IMG/VR virus record: IMGVR_UViG_3300045988_037980
Origin: a virus
Reading direction: 5' to 3' (one strand)
Length of the DNA stretch: 51,076 nucleotides
The notes beneath the pieces were generated by a model that did not search any database, was not told the origin of the DNA, and worked only from the letters and a program-made list of their open reading frames with translations. The translations under genes and the position numbers were made by a program. Shown piece by piece: positions 16,682 to 25,383 of the stretch; position 1 is the stretch's first letter, and each line of letters starts with the position of its first letter.

Positions 16682-17139
16682 TTATATAGGGTTGAAGATT
16701 TGATTTTACGGGCAAACAAAGACGTTAGTTCATCAAGTTTCTTCGTGTCCTCAACCCATCTTATGCCCGCCTTGCCGGGCTTGGGTATCAATCTATCTTC
16801 ACCAAGCACGGCAATAGCGACAATCTTTGCACACCGCAACGAATGATTGTGCGCAAGTGTCCTTGCCATCTTCATGCTGTCTGTACCCGCCGATTTCATC
16901 GCATTTTCATCAATAGCGATTTCCACCGATTCAGATGTTACACGGTCAAGTGTCGCAAGGGTCATTTCCTCAATTCTGAAAGTGCGTGTTACTTCTTTGG
17001 GCTTGTATCGCTTTATCAGACCGAAAAACCTTTTCTCCACCTCAAATTCGGTGTCTTTCAACTCAAATGACACACCCTTGTTGATAAGGGTATTCAGTTC
17101 GTTTCGTTCTTGTTCAAGTTGTTTCTTTTCGTCATTCAT
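16564..17139 (-). CDS. Tail assembly chaperone (gpG-like)
   Basis: Lies between the major tail and TMP genes. Start taken at MNDEKKQ (17139), because the longer ORF would run through the terminator hairpin at 17155..17189. Confidence 0.6.
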   Translation of the reverse strand: MNDEKKQLEQERNELNTLINKGVSFELKDTEFEVEKRFFGLIKRYKPKEVTRTFRIEEMTLATLDRVTSESVEIAIDENAMKSAGTDSMKMARTLAHNHSLRCAKIVAIAVLGEDRLIPKPGKAGIRWVEDTKKLDELTSLFARKIKSSTLYKLYVLVNTMGNLGDFMNSIRLISTERTTMPIRIEENNEG

Positions 17140-17154
17140 AATCTCTGAAAGAAA

Positions 17155-17189
17155 GAAGCCCCCGTAAGTTGTCACACTCCGGGGGCTTC
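17155..17189 (-). terminator. Hairpin (10-bp GC stem) downstream of the major tail gene, terminator or attenuator
   Basis: GAAGCCCCCG (17155..17164) pairs with CGGGGGCTTC (17180..17189). On the minus strand it is followed by TTTCTTTC. Confidence 0.6.
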
Positions 17190-17223
17190 GGGTTTTTGTA
17201 TTAAACAATCAATGCACCCCGAA

Positions 17224-17739
17224 TTACTCCTTGGCTTTCGGCACGCCGCGAATGGCTTTTCCGGCTGTAACCGCCATCGGGGTAACGGTGAAGTCCACAA
17301 GGAAAATTCCTGCCGCCGACATATCCGCATTTATGACCGCTTCAATGTCACCGTTGGGAATTTCAAAGTCCAAACCCTGTTCAGATTCAACGAAAATCGC
17401 CTTGTTTGCGACAACTTCATTGCCATCATAACCCCACTTGGGGTTGGACGAATCACCGACATTCGTACCACCGACATAATCAATCAAATCTTGCACGTTG
17501 GCATCCATGATTGAGAATGTCAGGGTCGGGATTTTGCGTGACTTCTTACGCACTTCCGGGGCTGCCATGCCTTCCTCGAAATGCTCCGTCACGTCCGCCG
17601 TTGCCTGTGCAATCTTACAAGTGTTCTTGTAAGTCTTGCCGATTTTGTTTAACTCGGACGGCATTGTTCCATTGGGTGCTGCCGTTCCAACCTTGATTTG
17701 GCAAAGACCAAGGGTTATCAAAGATGTTCTTTCTGCCAT
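17224..17739 (-). CDS. Major tail protein
   Basis: 171 aa, positioned upstream of the chaperone and TMP, and followed by a strong hairpin. Confidence 0.7.
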   Translation of the reverse strand: MAERTSLITLGLCQIKVGTAAPNGTMPSELNKIGKTYKNTCKIAQATADVTEHFEEGMAAPEVRKKSRKIPTLTFSIMDANVQDLIDYVGGTNVGDSSNPKWGYDGNEVVANKAIFVESEQGLDFEIPNGDIEAVINADMSAAGIFLVDFTVTPMAVTAGKAIRGVPKAKE

Positions 17740-17744
17740 AACTT

Positions 17745-18149
17745 TTAATCAATTTGAATGTTCCAATCAATGCGAATGTTAGCAAAGTGTTGTTTGGTGT
17801 TCGGCTCATACATGATTGACATTGTGCTGGGTCGCATCTTCAACCCTTTGATGTTCGCACTTCTCACAATCGCCAAGACTTCATCCGTCAAGGCTTTCAA
17901 ACGTGTGCCGTTTTCTGAAACCTGCATTTTCCCTTTTATCTTCTTGGGGGTGTCCGGCGTATAGATGTTGATGTTTGACGTGCCAATTTGCGGCAAGCTG
18001 TCTTGCCCCAAATCAACGGTGTTCACGACAATATCTTCATCAACTGAATTTTCCGGGCGTTCATCACGCACATAGCAACCACCCTTAATGGATGTTTTGC
18101 CATTGAGCAATGAAAACAAGATTCCATCCGTGTCAAATGTAGATTTCAT
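17745..18149 (-). CDS. Tail terminator / tail completion protein (by position)
   Basis: 134 aa, between the neck genes and the major tail gene. Confidence 0.4.
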   Translation of the reverse strand: MKSTFDTDGILFSLLNGKTSIKGGCYVRDERPENSVDEDIVVNTVDLGQDSLPQIGTSNINIYTPDTPKKIKGKMQVSENGTRLKALTDEVLAIVRSANIKGLKMRPSTMSIMYEPNTKQHFANIRIDWNIQID

Positions 18150-18616
18150 TATTCGGCTGCACGTTTAATGTTCGTAATCAGTTTTTCAAGCATTCGGGGC
18201 AATTCCCGCTCTGCAAGATGTTCGGCACTTGATAGGACATTGTAACCCTTTGCTTCCACGTAAGCGGCATAATTCATTCCGGCGACCACAACAAGGGCAA
18301 CACCCTTTGTTTCCTTTCCGACCTTTTCGGCGATTGTCTGACCAGACTTCATGCCCCTTGCCGCTGCTTCGCTTTCCGCACCGCTCGCCGCATCAAATTG
18401 GCTATGAATGGCGACACCATCAACAAAAACTTGATACCCGGTGGATGAAGTCAATGCCCCCGTTTGCATCATGTAGCCTTTGTTGTTCCTTGCTTCCGTC
18501 AAGCACATTTCGCCAAGCCTTTGCAGCCTTGCGATTTGCTTTTGCTCGACCATATCAAGGAAAGCATCAAACCTTTTCTTGACATCTTCTTTTGTAAAGT
18601 TTGCCTTTATAGCCAT
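18149..18616 (-). CDS. HK97 gp10-like neck/tail-component protein
   Basis: Start taken at MAIKANFTKEDV. Call rests on size, position and general resemblance to the gp10 family. Confidence 0.45.
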   Translation of the reverse strand: MAIKANFTKEDVKKRFDAFLDMVEQKQIARLQRLGEMCLTEARNNKGYMMQTGALTSSTGYQVFVDGVAIHSQFDAASGAESEAAARGMKSGQTIAEKVGKETKGVALVVVAGMNYAAYVEAKGYNVLSSAEHLAERELPRMLEKLITNIKRAAE

Positions 18617-18942
18617 AGCCTTGAATGAAGTTGTGACGGGTCGAAATTCAAGCATATTCCGGCAATCCTTATGTCCGAACAACCCTTGTCGTTTGCAATT
18701 ATCACTTTCGCACCTTTGGCAACCATTGGGCAAGTTTTGGGGCATTGGATAACAGATGTTGCCTTTTGGTATTCACCCCCGGCAACCTGAAATTCCGTGC
18801 CTTTGCCGTCCGATTCTTCACGGCACATCGAAATGAACTTGCGCGACACTTCACATTCCGTCCAATTGCCGTTTGCATCCTGTATGGATTCCCCGGCTTC
18901 TTCGATAAATAGAAAATGCGGATATTGCTTCACGAATGCCAT
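18607..18942 (-). CDS. Head closure / head-tail adaptor protein (by position)
   Basis: Start taken at MAFVKQYPHF (18942), abutting the upstream stop at 18944. Confidence 0.4.
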   Translation of the reverse strand: MAFVKQYPHFLFIEEAGESIQDANGNWTECEVSRKFISMCREESDGKGTEFQVAGGEYQKATSVIQCPKTCPMVAKGAKVIIANDKGCSDIRIAGICLNFDPSQLHSRLWL

Positions 18943-18943
18943 A

Positions 18944-19258
18944 TTACCAAATGTTTGAACGGTTGCGAATTTTGGGGCGTGACACAAGCACGTTTTCTTT
19001 GCCCAATTCATTGCACAAGGCGGCATAATAGAGTTTGACGGCATCCATATTCCAAGATATAGAATATCCGCCCTCTGACACGTTTTGGGTCATTCCTTTG
19101 AGGATAACGGACATTCGGTTATACACCGACATATCACACGCCCTTACGTCCACAACGGCATCCGCTTCAAGACCGCCTTTCAAAATGATAATGTCAATAT
19201 CATCTTCCGAAAGGTTAAGTCCGTTCAATGCTTTGGTCAAATACTCCTTGTTTGTCAT
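18944..19258 (-). CDS. Head-tail connector (gp6-like) protein (by position)
   Basis: Start taken at MTNKEYL (19258), preceded by AAGGAG. The longer ORF start at 19300 would lie inside the hairpin at 19277..19309. Confidence 0.4.
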   Translation of the reverse strand: MTNKEYLTKALNGLNLSEDDIDIIILKGGLEADAVVDVRACDMSVYNRMSVILKGMTQNVSEGGYSISWNMDAVKLYYAALCNELGKENVLVSRPKIRNRSNIW

Positions 19259-19276
19259 ACTCCTTTGTCTTGCAAA

Positions 19277-19309
19277 GCCGTTAGGGTGCTTTTGACACAC
19301 CCCAACGGC
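19277..19309 (-). terminator. 12-bp hairpin immediately downstream of the major capsid gene
   Basis: GCCGTTAGGGTG (19277..19288) pairs with CACCCCAACGGC (19298..19309), with one mismatch that becomes a G-U pair in the minus-strand RNA. Confidence 0.55.
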
Positions 19310-19317
19310 GAATGTTG

Positions 19318-20424
19318 TTAGTTCTTATTCCAAGTAGTCGCATTGGTCTGCATCAACACGCTTCGACCTGAAAGATTCCAAGCCGGGAACAAGTTGGCAA
19401 TTCCCTCCGTGACTTCCTGAACGGGCGATTCATTGGAATACTTCTTGACCAAAGTATGACCGTGCATGACCTTTTCGGCAACGCTTCCGGGCATCTTCTT
19501 TGCATCAATCGGCTTCTTCCAATAGGTGTTTCCAAGCACCTTGCTTTCAGAGAAAAGAATAACATCATCTTCAAACGGGTTTGAAGTGACACGCGAACCA
19601 TCGGCAAGTTCGATTGTGATTTCTTGGTCAATCACAATGAACTGCAAGCCGCGATAAAGTTCTTTCTTCTTGGCAAGATATGCGTTCACGGTCGCCAAAT
19701 CGGGCGAATCCTGCGTTCCCGTTGCATTCTGAATGTAGGATGAACACTTCTTCCAAACTTCTTCTTGTGAAGCGAATTTTTCAAAGGTATCAACATTCAT
19801 AAATGCGAACTTGTACGTTGCGCCAAACAACTTCTTACCAAGTTTGATTGCCTTTGGAATGTCTTTGGTAAGCGGTTTTGCGCCCGTGCCGCTCGTGTAT
19901 GCCGTTTCAACGCCAATCTTCTGTTCCGCCGGAATCAGATAATCAACATCGTATTCGGTCACGACCGCCGCATTGTTGGAATTGGTGAACTTGACCTTTC
20001 CAAGCGAAATTTGGCGCAATGCAATCCATTCCGCACGGGCTGCAACGCCATCCCAACAATACTTGGTATCTTCCGCCCAAAACTCGACAAGGGCACGCAA
20101 ATCGGGGTTGCTGCTCGACATTGCGACCATTATGTCGTATTCGGTCAATTCATCTTCGTTCTTTTCTCGTGATATGGCGATTTTTGGTATATCGCCCTGA
20201 ATGCGTGAAATCGCTTCACGGGTCTTGCGTGAAATTGTCGCACCCCTTGACACAAGGTCGGCGGCAATCTTCAAGCCGGATTGCGCTTCAAGCATCTTCC
20301 ACGTCAAAGTATTTGTTTCTTTGAGTGGGAAAAGGGTTGGATAATAGTAATCTTTGAGGTCGTAAGTGCGGATTACGGCTTCCATGTCCTTTTCATTCAA
20401 CCCAACCATCAATGATTTTTGCAT
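19318..20424 (-). CDS. Major capsid protein (lambda gpE-like family)
   Basis: 368 aa. The N-terminal region and overall pattern resemble the major capsid protein E family. Located after the scaffold and decoration genes. Confidence 0.8.
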   Translation of the reverse strand: MQKSLMVGLNEKDMEAVIRTYDLKDYYYPTLFPLKETNTLTWKMLEAQSGLKIAADLVSRGATISRKTREAISRIQGDIPKIAISREKNEDELTEYDIMVAMSSSNPDLRALVEFWAEDTKYCWDGVAARAEWIALRQISLGKVKFTNSNNAAVVTEYDVDYLIPAEQKIGVETAYTSGTGAKPLTKDIPKAIKLGKKLFGATYKFAFMNVDTFEKFASQEEVWKKCSSYIQNATGTQDSPDLATVNAYLAKKKELYRGLQFIVIDQEITIELADGSRVTSNPFEDDVILFSESKVLGNTYWKKPIDAKKMPGSVAEKVMHGHTLVKKYSNESPVQEVTEGIANLFPAWNLSGRSVLMQTNATTWNKN

Positions 20425-20443
20425 ATCGGTTTGCTTTTAGGGG

Positions 20444-21010
20444 TTACACATAAGCGATTGTCTTTAATGCCGACTTGATAGCGGCATTTACTATGGGTGC
20501 GGTTGCTTCTCGCACAACGCCGATAACCCATGCACTTACAAACAAGTTGTCGCCATCCTTGACATCTTCATTCGACCCGGCTATTGCAACCGGGGTCACT
20601 TTCAATGTCTTGTTTGCTCCACTCGATTCAAACGCACAAGTTCCAGCCTTGACGACCGCACCAAGGGTCGTTCCAACGGTGATAACATCCTTTGCCGGGT
20701 CTGACTTGTCAATTGCCGTTATCTGCTGACCATTGCAAGCATCGGTTGCGAACCTGTCACCAACTTTGAAGTGGTGTCCTTTGGCAACCTCATACGTGGT
20801 TGCGGTTGCAATCGCTTCCGTCAATATCTGTGCGGTCTTGCAGACTTCAAACAATCCATCAGAACCAACGCCAAGGGGTGTTCCCTCGAACAACCCCGTG
20901 CCACCCAAGTTTGCGACCTTGACGGTAACGCCACCGGGTATATCTGCAACACGGTGAAGAATACACTTCACAACACGGTTGTCCTTTTTACGGTCAATTC
21001 TCAATCCCAT
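20444..21010 (-). CDS. Head decoration-like / capsid accessory protein
   Basis: 188 aa, Gly/Ala/Val-rich, between the scaffold and capsid genes. Confidence 0.4.
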   Translation of the reverse strand: MGLRIDRKKDNRVVKCILHRVADIPGGVTVKVANLGGTGLFEGTPLGVGSDGLFEVCKTAQILTEAIATATTYEVAKGHHFKVGDRFATDACNGQQITAIDKSDPAKDVITVGTTLGAVVKAGTCAFESSGANKTLKVTPVAIAGSNEDVKDGDNLFVSAWVIGVVREATAPIVNAAIKSALKTIAYV

Positions 21011-21029
21011 TGTTTTGATGAATTAAGTG

Positions 21030-21722
21030 TTAAACATCTTTGCCCGTGAACACGTTGTTTTCGGGCTTTTGGCTGTTAATGAAATCGGCAACGCCTTTTG
21101 AAATACCGCTTTCTTCCTTTTGGGCGAATAGCGGGCTTCCGCCGGAATTGCTCAAATCAATATCAGCCTTGTTTTGATTTGCCGTGGCAATGTCCTTTTC
21201 CTTTTCCGCCAAGTATTCGTTGAAGTCATCGTCCGTGTCGAACTTCATGCGGGCAAAGTCTTTCAAGGTTTGGTTCTTGAAATTCTCATCCTTGCAATTC
21301 GCCAACTTTTCGTTCAATGATTGAAGCCTTGACTTTGCAATGTTGTCACGCTCATAGCCTGACAACTTTTCTTGAAACGGCTTGACGGCTTCCGCAACGG
21401 CTGCTTTCACCACTTCCGAAATATCGTTCGGGTCGGGCTTTGGGTCGCCGGGTTCAACCTTTTTGCCCTTATCCACGAAGTCATACTTCTTTTTCAAGTT
21501 CGTTTCAAAGGTTTTGTTGCTGTCGGACACTTCTTTATCCACATCGGCGCGATACTCCTTGACAAATTCGCCCACTTGCGCATCGGTGAGTTTATCCACA
21601 AGGGCTTTCGCTTCATCTTCGGTTGCGCATTGTAACGCAAGTGAACGTGCCAATGCTGTCAAACCGTCCTTTCGCACGCCTGAAAACTTTGCAATCAGTA
21701 ATGCTAAAATTCTTTCTTTCAT
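21030..21722 (-). CDS. Scaffolding protein
   Basis: 230 aa, highly charged and helical, upstream of the capsid gene. Confidence 0.55.
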   Translation of the reverse strand: MKERILALLIAKFSGVRKDGLTALARSLALQCATEDEAKALVDKLTDAQVGEFVKEYRADVDKEVSDSNKTFETNLKKKYDFVDKGKKVEPGDPKPDPNDISEVVKAAVAEAVKPFQEKLSGYERDNIAKSRLQSLNEKLANCKDENFKNQTLKDFARMKFDTDDDFNEYLAEKEKDIATANQNKADIDLSNSGGSPLFAQKEESGISKGVADFINSQKPENNVFTGKDV

Positions 21723-21768
21723 TCCGATAATCTTTTTATAAGTTCACAAATCATGCGTAAAAGTAATG

Positions 21769-21785
21769 TGTTTTACTATAATACA
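21769..21785. repeat. 17-nt palindromic element, copy 3 (degenerate)
   Basis: TGTTTTACTATAATACA, 46 nt upstream of the scaffold gene start. Confidence 0.6.
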
Positions 21786-21873
21786 CCTTAAAACATATAT
21801 TGACTTATCCTTGATTTATCCACATTTTGCATTGCAAGTGCATTTTGCGTGATTGCAAATACCTGAAAACAAT

Positions 21874-21881
21874 TACTTTTG
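21874..21881 (+). promoter_or_regulatory. Bacteroides-type -7 promoter motif
   Basis: TACTTTTG matches TAnnTTTG, about 37 nt upstream of the ATG at 21918. Confidence 0.5.
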
Positions 21882-21917
21882 CATTGTATTATTATAATTC
21901 ACTCAAAACATAAAGAC

Positions 21918-22151
21918 ATGACCGAATCAGCTATTTTAACCGCAAGGCGTTTAGGCGCGGACGTGCGCATTGCATCGCACATCGAATCAAGATTGAAAGA
22001 CCCAAAGCAACTTGAAGAAGCAATAAGGATGTTCTATGCCGGAACATTGCCGTATGAACTCGTTTATAATTCGGACAAGCCAATTGACTTGGAAGCCGTT
22101 AAAACCCACCTTGTTAAAAACCTTATGAAGCGCAACCGCCGTGTTCGTTGA
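21918..22151 (+). CDS. Hypothetical protein (moron island)
   Basis: Start taken at MTESAIL, downstream of the predicted promoter. 77 aa. Confidence 0.5.
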   Translation: MTESAILTARRLGADVRIASHIESRLKDPKQLEEAIRMFYAGTLPYELVYNSDKPIDLEAVKTHLVKNLMKRNRRVR

Positions 22152-22166
22152 TGCAATTGCATTGCA
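22152..22166. repeat. 15-nt motif TGCAATTGCATTGCA
   Basis: Exact reverse complement of 32637..32651. Intergenic. Confidence 0.7.
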
Positions 22167-22310
22167 CTATTATACATTTGCAATGCTATAAAAGAAAAGA
22201 AAAGGAAATAAAAGAATATATTAAAGAGAAAGTATAAAGAGAAAAGCGGACACCGCTTTTCACTCTCCACATGGACAAAAAACAAGGTTATTGAAAAATA
22301 AATCAACTTT

Positions 22311-22344
22311 TTTGCGAATTGTACGGGTAAAATCACTATCTTTG
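22311..22344 (+). promoter_or_regulatory. Bacteroides-type promoter for higBA (-33 TTTG and -7 TATCTTTG)
   Basis: TTTG at 22311..22314 and TATCTTTG at 22337..22344, with a 22-nt spacer. The ATG is at 22363. Confidence 0.6.
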
Positions 22345-22362
22345 TAACCAAAAGACAAAAGC

Positions 22363-22677
22363 ATGATTGTAACATTCGACAAGGATTATCTTCGTGAACT
22401 CTACGAAACGGGAAAGGGCGATAAGAAACACCGCTTCCAACCTGACATCATAAAGCGTTACAGAAAAGGCATTGACCTTATCAAAAGCGCAAACAAGGTT
22501 GAAGATTTGTTCCTGCTCCCATCCTTGCATTACGAGGTCTTGAAAGGTGACAAGGCGGGTACTTCATCCATAAGGGTGAATGACCAATACCGAATCGAAT
22601 TTACCGTGTCGGAAGAAGAAAACGAAACGATTGTTTACATCTGCAATATCTTGGAATTGTCAAACCATTATAAATAA
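22363..22677 (+). CDS. higB: HigB-like toxin (RelE/ParE superfamily, plasmid maintenance system killer)
   Basis: 104 aa: MIVTFDKDYLRELY...HRFQPDIIKRYRKGIDLI...LHYEVLKGDKAGTSSIRVNDQYRIEF. Toxin-first gene order, followed by an HTH antitoxin. Confidence 0.85.
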   Translation: MIVTFDKDYLRELYETGKGDKKHRFQPDIIKRYRKGIDLIKSANKVEDLFLLPSLHYEVLKGDKAGTSSIRVNDQYRIEFTVSEEENETIVYICNILELSNHYK

Positions 22678-22684
22678 TTGCGTT

Positions 22685-23029
22685 ATGGTTACTGTTAAAG
22701 GAATAGACCCGAAAATGATTGCCAACAACTTAGAGCCTTACGAACCCACGCATCCGGGTGAATTGCTCAAAGACGAAATAGAGTGTCGGGGCGTGTCGCA
22801 AAAACAACTTGCGGCTGATATGGGTGTGTCTTACACCGTCTTGAATGACATCGTGAATTGCAAACGCCCTGTAAACACCAAATTCGCCCTTTTGTGCGAA
22901 AAGGCAATGGGCATCCCGGCTTATATGCTGTTGCGGTTGCAAGCTGATTATGACATGATTACAACCAAACGCGACAAGTCTTTCTTGAAACGTCTTGCCA
23001 ACGTAAGGAAAATTGCGGCGGTACTTTAA
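22685..23029 (+). CDS. higA: HigA-like antitoxin, XRE-family HTH
   Basis: Start taken at MVTVKG. Contains HPGELLKDEIECRGVSQKQLAADMGVSYTVLNDIVNCKRPV, a typical HigA HTH. Confidence 0.85.
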   Translation: MVTVKGIDPKMIANNLEPYEPTHPGELLKDEIECRGVSQKQLAADMGVSYTVLNDIVNCKRPVNTKFALLCEKAMGIPAYMLLRLQADYDMITTKRDKSFLKRLANVRKIAAVL

Positions 23030-23040
23030 TTAAATCGGAT

Positions 23041-23514
23041 ATGAAGAAGTTACTTTTGCTATTCTGTTTGTGCCTTGCCTTTACACAAGGATTTGCACAA
23101 CAAAAAGGAACGATTGAATATCTTGAAGTCAAGCCGGGTATTCATCCAATAATGTTGAATGATTCCGTAACAAAGCATCTTAAAGTATTAACGCCCATTG
23201 GTGACATTAAGAATGGCGGTGGATATGCAAGGTTGGATGAAGATTATTGCGTCATAGAAACCGCCAATCTTGAAGATGTACTTACTACATTCAAAAACTA
23301 TAAGATAAACAACATCTTGTTTTATGTGTCAAGGACATTCAAACAAGAATGTTTTGAACAATTAAAAAAGATGTATGGTGAACCAACGCTAAAAAACGGC
23401 ACATATTGGTGGCAATCCAAACAATACGCCTTATCTTTTGAATTAAATCCGAAAGATGCAAAAATGCCCGGTCAGGCAATAGGCTTGTTCATGCGCAAAC
23501 AAGACCTTGAATAA
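23041..23514 (+). CDS. Secreted protein with signal peptide
   Basis: N-terminus MKKLLLLFCLCLAFTQGFAQQ. Confidence 0.65.
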   Translation: MKKLLLLFCLCLAFTQGFAQQKGTIEYLEVKPGIHPIMLNDSVTKHLKVLTPIGDIKNGGGYARLDEDYCVIETANLEDVLTTFKNYKINNILFYVSRTFKQECFEQLKKMYGEPTLKNGTYWWQSKQYALSFELNPKDAKMPGQAIGLFMRKQDLE

Positions 23515-23523
23515 TACAAAATT

Positions 23524-23541
23524 GGGCTTCAAGCCCTTTTT
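23524..23541 (+). terminator. Compact intrinsic terminator
   Basis: GGGCT-tca-AGCCC followed by TTTTT, 10 nt after the stop at 23514. Confidence 0.6.
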
Positions 23542-23568
23542 GTTTACACTCAATAAAATGTGTGATAA

Positions 23569-23913
23569 ATGGAACGTGTACAATTAAGCAAGCGGGCAAA
23601 AGCGGTTTTGAAATCATTGAGGGGCGGCGTTGTAGCTTGCCCCGAATCAATGATTCAATCCGACTTCAATTCAGGGGCAAGGGAATTGCAGCATCACGGA
23701 TTTTCGGTTTGCCACGAAGAAGAAAACGGCAATGTTGAAATCGTAAGGCTGACCGACAAAGGCAAATTGTACCTTGAAGATAATCCGCATCTTTATAATC
23801 CGATTGATTGGAAATGGGTTGTCACAACCGCCATTGCCGTTGTCGCCGCTGTTGCTGCCATTGCCGCCCTTTTCGTGTCCTGCGCTATTTATTTGCATTT
23901 AAGTGTTTTATAG
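23569..23913 (+). CDS. Tail-anchored membrane protein
   Basis: 114 aa with a C-terminal TM helix WVVTTAIAVVAAVAAIAALFVSCAIYL. Confidence 0.6.
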   Translation: MERVQLSKRAKAVLKSLRGGVVACPESMIQSDFNSGARELQHHGFSVCHEEENGNVEIVRLTDKGKLYLEDNPHLYNPIDWKWVVTTAIAVVAAVAAIAALFVSCAIYLHLSVL

Positions 23914-23920
23914 TAAAACA
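23904..23920. repeat. 17-nt palindromic element, copy 4
   Basis: TGTTTTATAGTAAAACA, overlapping the stop codon of 23569..23913. Confidence 0.65.
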
Positions 23921-23953
23921 AAATTCAGATAATCCGCTAATTTTGCGGTGAAT

Positions 23954-23987
23954 TTTGTTGCCGTTTCAATTATTCTTGCTACTTTTG
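23954..23987 (+). promoter_or_regulatory. Bacteroides-type promoter upstream of the antirepressor leader
   Basis: TTTG at 23954..23957 and TACTTTTG at 23980..23987, with a 22-nt spacer. Confidence 0.6.
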
Positions 23988-23991
23988 TAGT

Positions 23992-24184
23992 GCGTTACAT
24001 TCTACAAGGCGGTGGCAAGAACCGCAAACAATCCGTTGGCGGTATTTTTATACCCTGACGGCAAACATATCGGCATTGTACCCCCGTGGAAATCTGTAAT
24101 GGAAATCCTGCCTTGTAGGTGTAACGCAACGGGAAAGGCAATGCCGTTTTTCTATTGCCTGCAAACTTTCATAAAAGCGTTACA
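23992..24184 (+). ncRNA. Structured 5' leader of the antirepressor gene, about 190 nt, with alternative pairing
   Basis: GCGTTACATTCTACAAGGC (23992..24010) pairs with GCCTTGTAGGTGTAACGC (24110..24127). A second GCGTTACA (24177..24184) abuts the ATG and could pair with the same TGTAACGC. Internal hairpins include GCGGT/ACCGC and CCGT..GGTA/TACC..ACGG. Confidence 0.5.
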
Positions 24185-25078
24185 ATGAAAGAAGCAATTA
24201 AAATCTTTGAGAATGCCCAATTCGGGCGAATCCGCACTTCAATAAGTGCAAATGGCGAACCATTATTTTGCCTTGCCGACCTTTGCAAGGCTATTAATGT
24301 CGCAAATCATCGCAACGTGGCAAAGCGTATTGATGAAGATGGTGTCCGCCGAATGGACATCACCGATTCTTTGGGTCGAAATCAACAAGTTCTTTTCGTA
24401 ACAGAACCCGGAATGTATGAAGTATTGCTTCGTTCCGATTCAGAAAAGGCAAAGCCGTTCCGCAAGTGGGTATGTAGTGAAGTGTTGCCAAGCATACGCA
24501 AGTCGGGCGGTTACATGGTTGCCCGACAAGACGAAACGCCGGAACAAATCATGGCACGGGCATTGATGGTGGCAAAGGACACAATCGACCGCCAACAAGC
24601 GGCATTGAAGCAATCCGAAAACAAGAACTACTTGTTGCAATGCCAAAATGATGCTTTAACTTCAATGAATGAGGGTCAGCAACGGCACATCAAGGCTTTA
24701 ATGCCCGGTGCGACATTCGCCAAAGCCGTTGAAACGTCCGAACATTCCATTTTGGTTGGTGAACTTGCCCGTATCATCAAGCAAAACGGCGTGGAAATCG
24801 GGCAAAACCGCCTTTTCCAATGGCTGCGTGATAAAGGCTACCTTTGCAAAAAGGGCGAAATGTACAACCAACCAACGCAAAAAGCCCTGCAAATGGGGTT
24901 GTTTGAACTCAAAAAGACGGTGATAACAAAGCCCAACGGCGATTCCCTTGTCACCACCACAACCAAAGTGACCGGGAAAGGGCAAATCTACTTCGTGAAC
25001 AAGTTTCTTTTTGACGCTATCAACCAAGCGGAATTGGCAAAGCAAGCCGCACAAGCAAAGAAAGGGGGTGCGCAATGA
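24185..25078 (+). CDS. Antirepressor, Bro-N domain plus KilAC/ANT C-terminal domain
   Basis: Start taken at MKEAIKIFEN. Bro-N-like segment FENAQFGRIRT...EPLFCLADLCKAI...KPFRKWVCSEVLPSIRKSGGY. The C-terminal ANT-like segment is about 70% identical to the C-terminus of 37281..38063. Confidence 0.85.
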   Translation: MKEAIKIFENAQFGRIRTSISANGEPLFCLADLCKAINVANHRNVAKRIDEDGVRRMDITDSLGRNQQVLFVTEPGMYEVLLRSDSEKAKPFRKWVCSEVLPSIRKSGGYMVARQDETPEQIMARALMVAKDTIDRQQAALKQSENKNYLLQCQNDALTSMNEGQQRHIKALMPGATFAKAVETSEHSILVGELARIIKQNGVEIGQNRLFQWLRDKGYLCKKGEMYNQPTQKALQMGLFELKKTVITKPNGDSLVTTTTKVTGKGQIYFVNKFLFDAINQAELAKQAAQAKKGGAQ

Positions 25079-25305
25079 CCGTCAGCAAACAGACCGAAAA
25101 TTTCATTGACTGCATGAAAACCATGCAGGAACTTTACACGAAAGTATATAAGTCGCTCAATGAAATATACAACGTGGATGATACGGAACGCATCATTGCC
25201 GACCAATTCATCATGGAATTTGACGCACTCGAAAAGCGGATTGAAAATCTTGTCATTGCTTCAATGAAAGAAAGAATGTCTTTGGTTGATTCACAAGAAA
25301 TTTGA
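25075..25305 (+). CDS. Hypothetical protein
   Basis: 76-aa ORF overlapping the ant stop by 4 nt (ATGA). Confidence 0.55.
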   Translation: MTVSKQTENFIDCMKTMQELYTKVYKSLNEIYNVDDTERIIADQFIMEFDALEKRIENLVIASMKERMSLVDSQEI

Positions 25306-25311
25306 CGTAAT

Positions 25312-25357
25312 GCAAGGGGCTGCATAAATTATTAAAAACTTGTGCAACCCCTGCTTT
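25312..25357 (+). terminator. Long imperfect hairpin followed by TTT, terminator-like
   Basis: GCAAGGGGCTGCA (25312..25324) pairs with TGCAACCCCTGC (25343..25354), then TTT. Confidence 0.5.
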
Positions 25358-25375
25358 ATATTATCCCCAATTATA

Positions 25376-25383
25376 TATCTTTG
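25376..25383 (+). promoter_or_regulatory. Bacteroides-type -7 promoter motif
   Basis: TATCTTTG, 27 nt upstream of the ATG at 25410. Confidence 0.5.

Noticed and set aside
17139-17208. Longer N-terminal extension of the tail chaperone ORF (start at 17208)
   Set aside because: The extension would be translated through the 10-bp GC hairpin terminator at 17155..17189. The internal start MNDEKKQ at 17139 is more plausible.
24128-24159. Possible intrinsic terminator inside the ant leader (AACGG..CCGTTTTT or GGCAAT..ATTGCC)
   Set aside because: The stems are only 5-6 bp with 11-nt loops, too weak to call a terminator on their own. It is kept only as a possible attenuator component within the leader finding.
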